Translations under genes and position numbers: made by a program
Source: Leucoraja ocellata
Lineage: Eukaryota
Length of the DNA: 64,000 nt
Direction: 5' to 3'
Assembly (NCBI GenBank): GCA_036785375.1
Contig: JAWMAR010000148.1
Location: forward strand, 5,022,001 to 5,086,000
Part shown: piece after piece, positions 26,960-39,170 of the stretch
How positions within the stretch are numbered: position 1 is the stretch's first letter
How the letters are laid out: every line of letters starts with the position of its first letter
The notes under the pieces: model-generated
Databases searched by the model: none
Told to the model about the DNA's origin: nothing
The model's input: only the letters and a program-made list of their open reading frames with translations

Positions 26960-27445
26960 TGGCAGGGGAAGTGACCACTACCCTTCTTGTGGCACTTTTC
27001 CACACAACTGCAGGAGGTACAGCAGCTGCCTTCCCATCTCATCCCTTCCCACCTTCCAGGGACCCAACTGTCCTTCAGGGTGAAGCAGAAATTTGCTTGC
27101 ACTACTTCCAACTTAGGTTGTAGCGTTTAATGCTCACAACCCAGTCTTTTCAGAACAGTCGAGTTACATGTCATTTTAATTCTAAGCGTCTAGTTATATA
27201 TCATTTTAATTCTACATCCCACTCCCTCTCTGATCTCTCCATATTTGATCTCTCACATTGTTGTATTGAAGCCCAAGACACACTCGAGGCACAAGTTCTC
27301 ATCTTCCATCTAGGACTCCATACTGAATTTAATTATTTCTGATAATAAGACTTTATTGTTTATGCTTGAATGTCTACTCACCATAACCTTAACTCTGTTT
27401 CTCTCTCTGCATAGTTGCTGCCTGACCTGCTGAATATTTCCATTA
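26960..27445 (+). mobile_element. Decayed Penelope-like element: GIY-YIG endonuclease end plus 3' repeat
   Basis: Remnants TFQGPNCP..VKQKFACTTSNL and HFNSTSHSLSDLSIFDLSHC...LEAQVLIFHLG...EFNYF, then gctgcctgacctgctga. Confidence 0.75.
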
Positions 27446-28139
27446 CTCTCTTCTACTTCATGTTTGAGGTAGCTAATGTGTTCCACATCTCAAGTCCAAT
27501 CTTCCTTCATTGTTTTTCCTCTATCGTTTGTCCTCAATCATCTCCCTCATTTTACACTACTATGATGTTTGGTATAATTGACAAACCGTCACCACCCTCG
27601 CTCTGACAGCACCAACAGTACAGTATTTGTATAACCTGGATTCCCCTGGTCTCTACTCACCACGGGCATTCCCTTTGTTCTCACCATCCCTCCCTCTCTA
27701 CTATCTTTTAGTTTGGTCCAGTAATATCATACCACATGCAATATTTGCACGCCAATGCTTTTGCGTAACAAGCAAATCACAAGCATGTTGAAAGAAATTA
27801 GTAACGTAGCCAATAAATTTTACTTAGTCATTCTCCTCCAGAATAAATTTAAACATGATGCTATTGCACGCACAGGCATCACTGAGACAAATGTTGAAAA
27901 TGATATCTTAAACTAATTTAAATTTGAAATACTTTGAATATTTATAAAACAAAATACAATGCTACTAATGGCTGTGGCAAATTTGTTACTAAAGGTTTAT
28001 CAAAAGGTTGCACACATAATACCAAAATGATGTTGAAGCTGATAGATATTTTTAACATGTGGCAAAATTGCAATTGAATATGAGATAATACATTTATTTA
28101 TTTTTAAGTTGTTAGTTTATTCAATATTTATTCACATAC

Positions 28140-28228
28140 CAATTAAATTAACTCGACCAGGAGCCCGTGCATAAAATGCAGGTGGCATGCCATATTTAGA
28201 TATAAAGGCATCTTTCAATTTTCTGAAT
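28140..28228 (-). CDS. GALK2: GALK2 coding exon 2
   Basis: (R)[29 protein letters not shown](G), with the APGRVN motif. 89 bp, phase 2/1, tttgcag acceptor and gtatgt donor. Confidence 0.96.
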
Positions 28229-28977
28229 CTGCAAAAAAAAGTAATAACACAACATAAATTATTTTTGCAATGCTTCGGAGGCAGTAAAAAAAACAGATTT
28301 TTATTTGATTTTTATGACGTTTTCAAACATATTAATATTAAATTATGAACTCAAAATAAGGAAAACAGAAATCATAATAAATGGAATTTTCCAACAACAC
28401 AGAAAAAGCTGGAATAATGTCAGCGGGTCAGGCACCATCTGTGAAAAGAGAGATAGTCAATGTTTCAGGTTTGGCACTTTCACCAGAACTGGGAAAAAGA
28501 TAAACATGTTATTCTAGATAGTGGCGAATATGTGAGAGGGCAATAGGTGGAATAGAGGGAATTGCCCGATAAGATGTTTGACACTTTAATTTGCCATTCA
28601 CTTTCACTCCAATCTCAGTCTGTGGTCTCCTCCTCTCTTACAATGAGACCCAAAACAAGCTGCACATATTGCTATTTCTCTAATTTCTTCCATTTTTATA
28701 CTATACAAACATGTTACTCAGCCAAAGATGCTGATCCATCCCCTATTTGCCATTTTTTCCACCATAATCAGAGATATTCCCTTTGTTCCACTGATTGGCC
28801 TCCCTTACCTTCTCTACTATCTGGGATAATTGATTTCACGATGTCTGAGTCCCGATGAAAGAACCCAGAACTGAAACATTAACTGTTTCTCCTTCCATTG
28901 TTGCTGCCTGGCCTGTTGAGTATTTACAGTTTGACAACTTTTACATTTCCATTTACAGCATTTCTTTTCTGTTTCTT

Positions 28978-29150
28978 AGGGTGGCAAAGTGGCGCTGCAG
29001 CCTCACAGCGCCAGAGACCAGGTTTGATCCTGACCACAAAGGCTGTCTGTACCGAGTTTACATGTTTTCCCAGTGTATTTTCTCCCGCTGTTCCTGTTTC
29101 CTCCCACATCCCCAAAACGTGCAGGTTTGTAGGTTAATTGACCCTTGTAA
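28978..29150 (+). mobile_element. V-SINE 5' half (duplicate at ~45507-45670)
   Basis: Degraded head and V-domain. Confidence 0.75.
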
Positions 29151-29511
29151 GTCATTGCAGTTATTGTTGCTATTGCAATATATTTGGTGGGACATCAGGC
29201 AGTGACAAAATTGCTCCAAGTTGTGACTTTCTAGAAATGTATAAATTGAAAACAGTTTTGATCATCCTTGAAAAGACCTTTCAGAATGTTTGACTGGGGG
29301 GGGGGGGGGGGTGAGAAAATTTGCATGAAAAATGGCAATGCTAACATTTCAACTAAATGGCATATTTTTAAGGAAAAACACAAAGTGCTAGAGTAACTCA
29401 GTGGGTCATGCAGAAGGTGACGTTTCAGCTCAAGACCCTTCTTCCTTGCAGATGCAAAATGCAAAATTAAATACAGCACAGCAACTGGCCTTTCAGTCCA
29501 AATGCTGTAGC

Positions 29512-29745
29512 CAGGGGTTCCCAACCTTTTTCGTCCTGTTTACCCCTGGCAACTTTAATAGCACATAATAATGTTATTTCACTTATTTATGAACAACTAA
29601 TGATGAACAGATACCAGTATACCAGAACCATACACAGTCAGTCAGTGAGAAAAAATATGTACAAATCCAGAATCAACAAATTTACCCCCTTAGTAGACAA
29701 AATTTACCCCCTGGGGGTAAATTTACCCCAGGTTGGGAACCCTTG
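29512..29745. mobile_element. hAT-type MITE (duplicate at ~46053-46286)
   Basis: TIRs caggggttcccaacc and ggttgggaacccttg; internal palindrome aatttaccccctgggggtaaatt. TSD not clean. Confidence 0.65.
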
Positions 29746-29799
29746 CTGCAAGCCATTGTTTATTTTCTGCAATATGCTCCTTGCATGCCTGATAACCGT

Positions 29800-30475
29800 G
29801 CCCTTTCTAGAATTCTTAACTTTTACTCACTCTCGCTTTGACGTAGACAGTTTCCTTTTAAATTGTTTCTATGTTTCTTGGCTCTAAGATTCTCCCTTCT
29901 CTGGGACTCCCCCTGCTGGCCTTCAAATCACTTTGGGCCATTTTTATTTCCAACTGCCAGTGTGACATCAACTGTCTTGACTTCCCAACTCCGTTACCCA
30001 CCCTAATTTCACCCCCTCTGAACGCGCAGCCCCATCATTCACTGAGCAACAATCCAAACAGTTGTTAAACCCGCCGATAAGCGAGGTGCCGCTGTGGTCT
30101 GGTAGGCTGCCCTCTACAGTGCTGAGGCCAGGCACCAGCTCTCAGACCCCTTGACCAAGACTTCACAGACAAACAGCAGGCTATCATCTCCCAAAATGTT
30201 TCTAATCTCATCACCTCTGGCGATCTGCTCTCCACAGCCTTCAACCTTATCGTTCCGCAGCTCCGCACTACCAGCTTCTACCTCCTCCCCAGGTTCCACA
30301 AACAGGACTGCACTGGCAGACTCGTTGTTTCCGCCTGCTCCTGCCCCAGAGATCTCATGTCCTTGTACCTTGATTAGATCCTATACCCTCCTTGTTCAGT
30401 CCTTTCCCATCTACATCCGAGAAACCTCTCACACCCTTCAACTGCTCAATATTTTATTATTTCCATGCCTTCAGG
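29800..30475 (+). mobile_element. Decayed Penelope-like reverse-transcriptase fragment (duplicate at ~46340-47015)
   Basis: Frameshifted remnants KPADKRGAAVVW, FYLLPRFHKQDCTGRLVVSACSCP, LLVQSFPIYIRETSHTLQLL. Confidence 0.8.
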
Positions 30476-30922
30476 ATCACATTTAATAGAATAATATTGC
30501 TTAAATATATAGTTATTGGATTTTGCATTTCGAAAAAGTCCCAGCTGAGAGGAAGACAGCAAAATACTGCAAATATTCAGGGTGAAAATGACTCGAGGAC
30601 AGTTTTTTAGGAAAATAAAGGAAATGGTAACATAATACTTATACAGTTGAGTGAGTATGATTTTATGGATGAGAAATTGTGTTCAACCAATTGATGACTT
30701 CTTTGACAAAGTAACTAGCATGTTAGATAACAAGGAAGCCAATGGATGTACCTAATTTTGTTATACAAAATTTGGTCTGTGAAGTGCCCCATAAAAGATT
30801 ACCGCATTAGAAAAGCACCTGTGGACTTGAACGTAATAGGTTAAATCCAGGGGGTCAGATATGGGGCTTTATGTGTGGGCCAGATATATTGTCAGTGCAG
30901 AGGGGCTAGGAGCAAGGCCAAG

Positions 30923-31345
30923 TTTGCTCGCTGAATTTCATCAAAAGTCAATAATGCCTTACTTTTGATGAAATTCAGCGAGCAAATGCGATAATTCCCG
31001 ATATTTTGGACCTTTAAATCTCCACGGCAAATGTCTGCTAAGCACTTCCGCTGTTTTTCCACCTTCAGTTCCCTCTTGTAATTACCTTACTTTCGATTTT
31101 TTTTTGCCTGAAAATTTAGGTCGCTGTGCTTCACGGTCACCCCGACTAGCACAGAACATTTCAGCTCAAAAATCGTCCGTTTTCCATGTTTTTAACGGGT
31201 GTGAAAGTGCGTGTTTCCCCATTCATTAACATGTACCGAAGTGACATATGTCCTCCAGTTAAATTTTTCGGTCACGTGAGAGGGGATCTACGCTCATTTG
31301 ACCTTTGGTGAAATCACCCTATGGGAGTGTTCAGCACTGGGAACC
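30923..31345. mobile_element. Unclassified CpG-retaining segment with a terminal 26-bp hairpin (duplicate at ~47465-47888)
   Basis: Perfect inverted repeat at 30923-30948 and 30961-30986, adjoining a CpG-rich block unlike its flanks. Confidence 0.4.
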
Positions 31346-32473
31346 TAAGCAGATAAGCAGCTATGATCAGGGTAGAATAGGGGGGGCAGGTGTAAGACTG
31401 GGCTCAGGGTCAGGAATGAGAGAAGGTATGCAATTGGAGTCAGGGTCAAGAATAGTACCAGGTGTGCAGTGAGACCTAGGTTGGTCAACATGGGCCAAGT
31501 GTGTTATAATCTGATTTCCATACATGAAAATATTAAGATCATTCATGTGCTGCACCTGCTGATCAGAGCCTGGCTCTACTGTGGAATGTAATTAGGAATG
31601 TAATTTAGCCTAACCTTATTCATAGCTAATCCAATATAAAACATAAATATTGCATTCAAGTGTAAGTTAAAATGCTCGCTACAGCATGCACCAGATTGCA
31701 CAATTTCAAGCTGAAAAATGCAAAAGCTCGAACCAATGGCGCTCCCTCGGGCTTGGTCTGTCGCAATTTCTAACTCCCAATTGCCACCCAATGTTGGCAG
31801 CCCTGCTACTTTAAAACCCCTAGCCAAACACTGTCCACCAATATGTGCCAGATATTTTATGTTACTTTGGTGTCATGCACAAAGATCTTATAGTCATGCA
31901 CACTTGGCCACTGTGCACACACGAGCCATGACGAAACTAAACAGTGTAAACGTGTTGCACTCGTGACAGTCCTTGCGCACCTCGTGACATAATCCCAATT
32001 AAAATCTCTTTAAAACGTTTGGAAAACTATGACGAATGTAAACGACTGGGTAAGAGTAGTCTGTCGATTAGGGGAACGTATGCAGTTCATCAAATAAACC
32101 AAATCAATTGTGTTACAAGTGAAATGAGTGATTGAATTGACGGAATTTTCGTGGACGGGTGTCGATTTACACTATGTTATGTCCGTGTCGAACATAACAC
32201 AACTGATCGCGTCTTGTCAGATGGATATTTCAGAAAAGCTGAACTCGCATTGTTTGTTAACCAAATAAAAAGCACAACTGTTCGTCTCGTGATTAATAAA
32301 GCCTGAAATCATCAATCCCATCATTAAGCATCGCAAACAGTAAAATAGAGGCACAAGGAACTCTGGCTAATAGTTTACAAACCACACACACGCACACCCC
32401 AAGTGTTGGAGTAACTCAGTGGATTACTCAGCCAAGTTGCTTAAACCGAGGTAAAGTTGCGAGGGCTCTATAC

Positions 32474-32529
32474 CTTTCATTTTCTGACACTTGCAAGAAC
32501 TGCTGCGGCGGCGTGGCGCCGTCCTCCAT
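32474..32529 (-). CDS. GALK2: GALK2 coding exon 1 (copy A)
   Basis: ATG in good Kozak context (GGGATGG), MEDGATPPQQFLQVSENE(R), phase-2 donor AG|gtatag that matches exon 2. Lies in the GC-rich promoter region. Confidence 0.85.
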
Positions 32530-32970
32530 CCCTCTTCCTCGTGGGAGGGGTTCGGTCCTGTCTTGAAACCACCCCCGGCGCTGGTTTCTCTGGTCTGGGG
32601 CGAGGAGGAGTCTTACCCTGTTCTGGGATTCCTTCCCCCGTATCTCCTTGCACAGGGTATGAAAGCACCTTGTAGTGAGATTTCCCCAGGACTGCTCGCA
32701 CAGCCGAGAGAGAGGAGATAACTTGGCTTGGGATTCCCCTGGAGGCTCCTTGTCCTGTCGTGGGATCCTTGCACAGCTGAGGGCGAGGAGGTGCCCTGTC
32801 CTGATCTGGGATCCCTCCCCCGTAGCTCCTTGAACGGCCGGGGAGTGTACAGACGCTCTATCGTGGCTTGGGACTCCTCCGGCGGCTCCTTGCTCTGCCC
32901 TGGACCAGCCTCCTGGCACGGCCGAGGGTGGGAAGGTGCCCTGTCCTGGCTTGGGATTCCCCTGACGGTT

Positions 32971-33330
32971 CCTTGCCCAGTCCCTACGATCCCTTGCCCT
33001 GTCCCTACGACCCCTTGCCCTGTCCCTACGACCCCTTGCCCTGTCCCTACGACCCTTGCCCTGTCCCTACGACCCCTTGCCCTGTCCCTACGACCCCTTG
33101 CCCTGTCCCTACGACCCTTGCCCTGTCCCTACGACCCCTTGCCCTGTCCCTCCTCCAGGCTACTTGCACAGTCGAGGGTGTGCAGACGGCCTGTCCTGCC
33201 TTTAGGATTGCCCCCGGCGCCTCCTTGCCCTGTCCCCACTCCCCCTTGTCCTGTCCCCACTCCCCCTTGCCCTGTCCCCACTCCCCCTTGCCCTGTCCCC
33301 ACCCCCCCCCCCTTGTCCTATCCCCACTCC
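32971..33330. repeat. Two-part 21-bp minisatellite (copy A): about 8.7 x CCTTGCCCTGTCCCTACGACC, a 71-bp spacer, then about 5 x CCTTGCCCTGTCCCCACTCCC
   Basis: Units counted directly: 32971-33151 and 33223-33330. Confidence 0.93.
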
Positions 33331-33544
33331 AGGCTACTTGCACAGCCACAGTACAGGGTGTACAGACGCTCTGTCCTGCCTTGGGCTCTCCCCCGGCGGC
33401 TCCTTGCCCCTGTCCTTGTCCTTACTCCAGGCTACTTGTGCAGCTGAGGTTATAGAGCCACACTGAGTCCTTGGGCCAGGCTCCCAGATCCGCTCTCCAC
33501 GGATATCCTGCCAACCGATGCCGGAATTACCCCGGAGGGGGTGT

Positions 33545-33680
33545 GAGAAGGAACTGCATATGCTGCTTTACACCAGAGATATGGACACAAAATGCTATAG
33601 TAACTCAGCGGGACAGGCAGCATCTCTGGAGATAAAAGAGAACGGGCGTCATTTCGGGTCGGGACCCTTCTTCAGACTGA
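33545..33680 (-). mobile_element. Penelope-derived arm inside the promoter (duplicate at ~50105-50240)
   Basis: gaaggaactgca...taactcagcgggacaggcagcatctctgg...cgggtcgggacccttcttcagac. Confidence 0.82.
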
Positions 33681-33912
33681 GTATTCAGGAACAGGAACCG
33701 TAACCATAAACATAAACCCACTGCGCTAAACTACGTCCATCTTCTTTTGCAGATTGTTGTTATTGTTTAACATTTCCCCACAGAAGCCCAGCACAGGCCC
33801 CGCTTCCGTCGGGTTGCTAGGGCGTGTGTCACAGGCAGCAGCTTCCCCCGGTCGATGCCGGGGGGGGGGATGGTGAGGGGAGCGCACTCACACACGCCAA
33901 ACTACTCCCAAG

Positions 33913-33966
33913 ATGTCTGACATGGAGGATGACTTTATGTGCGATGATGAGGAGGACTACGACTTG
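33913..33966 (+). CDS. COPS2: COP9 signalosome subunit 2, exon 1 (copy A)
   Basis: MSDMEDDFMCDDEEDYDL followed by a gtatgg donor; 54 bp. Confidence 0.97.
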
Positions 33967-35660
33967 GTATGGCTCTAGTGTCCGCGGTTTACCGCGTAGA
34001 ATTAGATCTCGTTTTCTTTTGGAGGTAGTTCCTGGCGGCTGAGAGTGGAGAGGCCGGTTTTCTCCTTCCTGCTGCAGCAGGAGCTGTGGCTGCTGTGTGT
34101 GTGAGACCGAGCTCCAACATTTCAACCTTACTACCTGCAGGCGGAATCTCAGTACGAATTAAAACGCAGCTGAGGTTGATCTGCCTTTCATTTCTTTCAA
34201 ATCCATACTATTCCGGGTGGTGTTTTAGTTGCTGATTCCCAGATATCTGGTAACCTTGTGAGACGGGCCTAGCCCGCCGGGTTAGGCCGAAATAGATTGG
34301 GCCTATTCTTGTTTCAAGAGACCCAATACTTCAAAATTATCTCACAGTGTCTCTTGTACGATTGCTATTAATTCTAATTATGTAGGTTCCAGTACGAAAA
34401 TTGTGAGTTTCAACGTGTCAGTTGATCTAGGGCCTCAATCTACCTGAACATAAATAATGTACTGTGTCTTGTACAATTGTCATTAGTTCTATTCATATTG
34501 GTTCTAGTACGAACATTGTGAATCGCCAATGCCATCTCATTTAGGGCCTCCTAATTTGCCTTAACATAAATAATGTATGACAACAACCTCTGAATACTTA
34601 TACTGAAATTGTAATAATAACTAAGCTATTGGTGTTAGTCTGTAATGTTTTGAAACTGTAGCTCTCTGTCTGTGTATTATCACATATTCTTTTGAAATCA
34701 AAATTAAGCAGTTAATCAAAATTAAATCAAATTGAACTTTTATATAACCTTTCAATGTTTTTATAATTTCAATTAAAATCAAGTGCTTTTTGCCTTCATA
34801 GAATTGATCGTTTTGCAAAATAATAGTAGACAGATTTATGAAAATGAATATTAATGAATTTGAACAGTGTTAATACGCTATCAACATTGTCATTGAATTT
34901 TAGGGAAATGTACTCGAACTAGGATTGCGCAAGCTTTATTGACAGCAAAGCAATTTAGTAGTTAATCCATTGATGGAGATTATTGTTTATGACATAATCT
35001 GTTGAAATCACCACTGTCACAATTCACCTTATGTATATATAGATAAGTTTTGAAAGTCCTAATTCAGGATACACTTTCCATGATATTGAGGGTGTAAAAT
35101 TCAGTAAACATGCAATAGTGTCACAGTTTGGTCGAATCAAATGTTTAATCCAAAACCGGTACAATCTATGAAATTTGCTGCAGATACAATTTTCATAAGA
35201 TACTCTTAGAATGTAGTCATTTTGACATCCCAGTCTCTGTGCCCCTCATTTCAAAAGATTAATTGTTTGAAGGATATTTTTTAAATTGGCTTCTATGTGA
35301 ATATCTGGGGCGAAAAAATTGTATTCTAGGTTTTGTTGTGTAATAATGCAAAGTTTTCAAGGAACTGCCAGTATTTCATTTTATGCATTTCACCAGGGGT
35401 TCTTTTACCAAGGATTATAACTAATGTTCTTTCATCCATTCTTTATTTGAACGGAATACCTTTCACACATTAGTTGGCAAATTTATTTTAATTATTAATC
35501 AATGTGCAGTTTCAGGAAGCTAAATCAGTAAAGGTACTATATAGTTATTATTCATTGGTGGTTCTGTTATCTTTCTATTTTCACTTTCTAGTGTCGTCAG
35601 ATGAATATACTTTCTTGCAAAATCCATTTCCACGATACTATGCATACACTGAAGAAAATT

Positions 35661-36280
35661 GTAAGGAACTGCAGATGCTGGTTTACACCTAAAATAAACG
35701 CAAAATGAATTGAAGGTAGACAAAAATGCTGGAGAAACTCAGCGGGTGCAGCAGCATCTATGGAGCGAAGGAAAAAGGCAATGTTTCGGGCCAAAACCCT
35801 TCTTCAGTCTGAAGAAAGGTTTCGGCCCGAAACGTTGCCTATTTCCCTCGCTCCATAGATGCTGCCGCACCCGTTGAGTTTCTCCAGCATTTTTGTCTAC
35901 CTTCGATTTTCCAGCATCTGCAATTCTTTCTTGAACAAAATGAATTGAATTGAATTGAATTTAATACTTTATTGTCACATGTGACAAGGTCACTGTGAAA
36001 TTCTTTGCTTACATACCCAAAGTATGCAAATAGTAGCCTATCGGTGCTTACAAAATGCTGGAGTAACTCAGCTGGTCAGGCAGCATCTCTAGAGAAAGGG
36101 AATAGGTGACGTTTTGGGACAAGTCTGATGATAACATTAAGATATTCTTTAAGAGTAGTAACTTTTGACGTCCAAGTCGCTTCGGCCCTTTGGGTCTGAT
36201 GAAGGGTCTCGACCGCAAAAACGTCATCATATATCTCTTTTCTCCAGAACCCGCTGATTTACTCCAGCATTTTGAGTCTA
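35661..36280. mobile_element. Three-level nest: outer fold-back element, then a LINE-like tail, then an inner fold-back element at 35715-35935 (duplicate at ~52284-52910)
   Basis: Inner element has 96-bp arms (35712-35807, 35809-35904) and TSD caaaatgaattgaa. The outer element is split with caaaatg duplicated. Confidence 0.8.
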
Positions 36281-36393
36281 AAATTGTAATCCTAACTTGT
36301 TTGAATGTTGAAGCAGAGAGCTGTTAGTTATAACACTTCGTCATAAGGAGTCAATTTATAGTTATTTACAGTTGGTTATTTCACATGCTCTAA

Positions 36394-36582
<189 letters not shown>

Positions 36583-37089
36583 TAGGAATTTACATTCTAA
36601 TCCAAGCGAGCATTTCGACTATATTATCAAATACTAAGGGTGATAATTTTATGTACCTGTTGAGCAAAGATAGTTCTATCATTCTGAAATTGTACAATGT
36701 CACAGCACAGAAATGGGTTATTTGAGTGATCAGATCTGCACTGATCTATTTTGTATGAGACATTTTAGTGATTTCATTTTATTGTTTTATGGGAAACAAA
36801 GGAATAATATATTTCTATATTTTATTTTCATTGTCATTTTTATTATCTTGAATTTATACATTAATTTTGTGACCCTTTCACCAACCAGTTTCTGCAATCT
36901 ATCACTATTTGGTTTATTGCCACTCTGTCATCTTAAAATCCATTGGGTCTCTACTTTATTTGCTTAAATGGAAAAAATAACACTGGATTTGCAAATACAT
37001 GTAATGTTGATAAGAACTAAGCTTGAATATTTGTGTTTGTTTTTATGTCCCTAGAATAATGAGATGTCCAAAATTTGCAATATGCTTGT

Positions 37090-37382
37090 AGACTTTAGAG
37101 AGATAGTGTGTAAACAGACCCTGTGGCCCACCGTCCGCACCGACCAGTGATCACCGTGTATACCAGCACTGTTCCACATGTTAGGGACAATTTACAAAGC
37201 CAGTTAAGCTACAAAACTGTACATCTCTGGAATATGCGAGGAAACAGGAGCACCCGGAGAAAACCCACACAGTCATAGGGAGAACGTACAAATACCATAC
37301 AGACAGCACCCATAGTCAGGATCGAACCCGGGTCTCTGTCGCTGTAAGGCAGCAACTTTACCGCTGTACCACTGTGCCGTCC
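37090..37382 (-). mobile_element. V-SINE (duplicate at ~53719-54017)
   Basis: Head, V-domain and tail on the minus strand. Confidence 0.85.
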
Positions 37383-38267
37383 TTCAACTAACTCTTAGCA
37401 CCCAGATTGTGTAATTTATTTTATATTCTATACCACTGGACATAAATCAAATTGTCTTTCTCTTTATTGAACAGACTCTATATCTGATTCTATTAAAATG
37501 AGTTGTAAATTTGCATACCTAAATCCCTCTTGTCCCTATTAAATAATAGCATTGCTTTCTTTTCCCTATTATTGTATTTTTTTTAATGTTATTTTTCTAT
37601 ATTAAGCTGCATCGGTCAACTATCAGCCCATGCTTTTGCAGTCTTTTACCAATCTTCTCGTGACTGCCATTCCCCTCCTCTGATTTGTGTAATTTAGTAT
37701 ATTATTTCATGTACATCCCACTGGACATTTATCTGTGAGTCATAGTTAAATACATGGCAGCTAGAATTTAAATTTACTCTGCCCAGTTGGGAAATCAGTA
37801 GTGAGTACACATTCAAAATGAATTGAACTGACGTAAATGTTACTCTTAATTTATACATTTAGTAAAGAACAGTACACAGACTCCATAATTGATCATTCAA
37901 AATATAATCTAGTAAATAGGATTTTATCTAATTTAGGTAATTTCCCTACATTTGTATTTATGATCACTGTCATATTAGATTTGTTTTGAAGGAACCTGTG
38001 TGTGAAATGTTAATATCGTTCCAGTTTCTGCTCTTTAGTTTTTTTTTGCAGGTTACAAAATTATGATTCTTATTTAATGAAGATATGAAAGTGCAGTTTC
38101 TGTTGACAATTTCTTAAATGATTCCCCCATGCATGAAATTCACGAGACTTACTGGTCATGCATATTTATTTATCACCAGTCAAAAGACCATTCCTCCACC
38201 ACTACACTCTATCTTCTTTGACCATGCCAATTTTGTATCCAACTCGCCACAGATCCCATGTGACTTA

Positions 38268-38448
38268 GAAACATAGAAATTAGGTGCAGGAGTAGGCCAT
38301 TCGGCCCTTCGAGCCTGCACCGCCATTCAATATGATCATGGCTGATCATCCAACTCAGTATCCCGTACCTGCCTTCTCTCCATACCCCCTGATCCCCTTA
38401 GCCACAAGGGCCACATCTAACTCCCTCTTAAATATAGCCAATGAACTG
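38268..38448 (-). mobile_element. Very short young CR1 3' end, present in copy A only
   Basis: Reverse complement of about 11770-11950; absent at the homologous site near 54877. Confidence 0.93.
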
Positions 38449-38574
38449 TTTGTTTTGAAGGAACCTGTGTGTGAAATGTTAATATCGTTCCAGTTTCTGC
38501 TCTTTAGTTTTTTTTTGCAGGTTACAAAATTATGATTCTTATTTAATGAAGATATGAAAGTGCAGTTTTAATGA

Positions 38575-39170
<596 letters not shown>

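Larger units (their letters stand above)
32530..33912. promoter_or_regulatory. Shared GALK2/COPS2 bidirectional promoter and 5'UTR region, CpG-rich (copy A)
   Basis: Divergent ATGs 1384 bp apart; GC- and CpG-rich against AT-rich flanks; GC-box and ETS-like motif ggccccgcttccg near 33796-33808. Confidence 0.75.

Noticed and set aside
31975-32040. Alternative GALK2 first exon at the GAG|gtgcgc donor-like site
   Set aside because: The nearby ATG is in the wrong phase and the correct frame has a stop; 32474-32529 fits much better.
32971-33330. CRISPR-like array
   Set aside because: Head-to-tail units with no unique spacers, vertebrate context and no cas genes.
32728-33455. Long Pro/Cys-rich ORFs (PCPVPT repeats) on both strands, also at 49427-50026
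   Set aside because: These are translations of a stop-poor 21-bp minisatellite; frames and lengths differ between the two copies.
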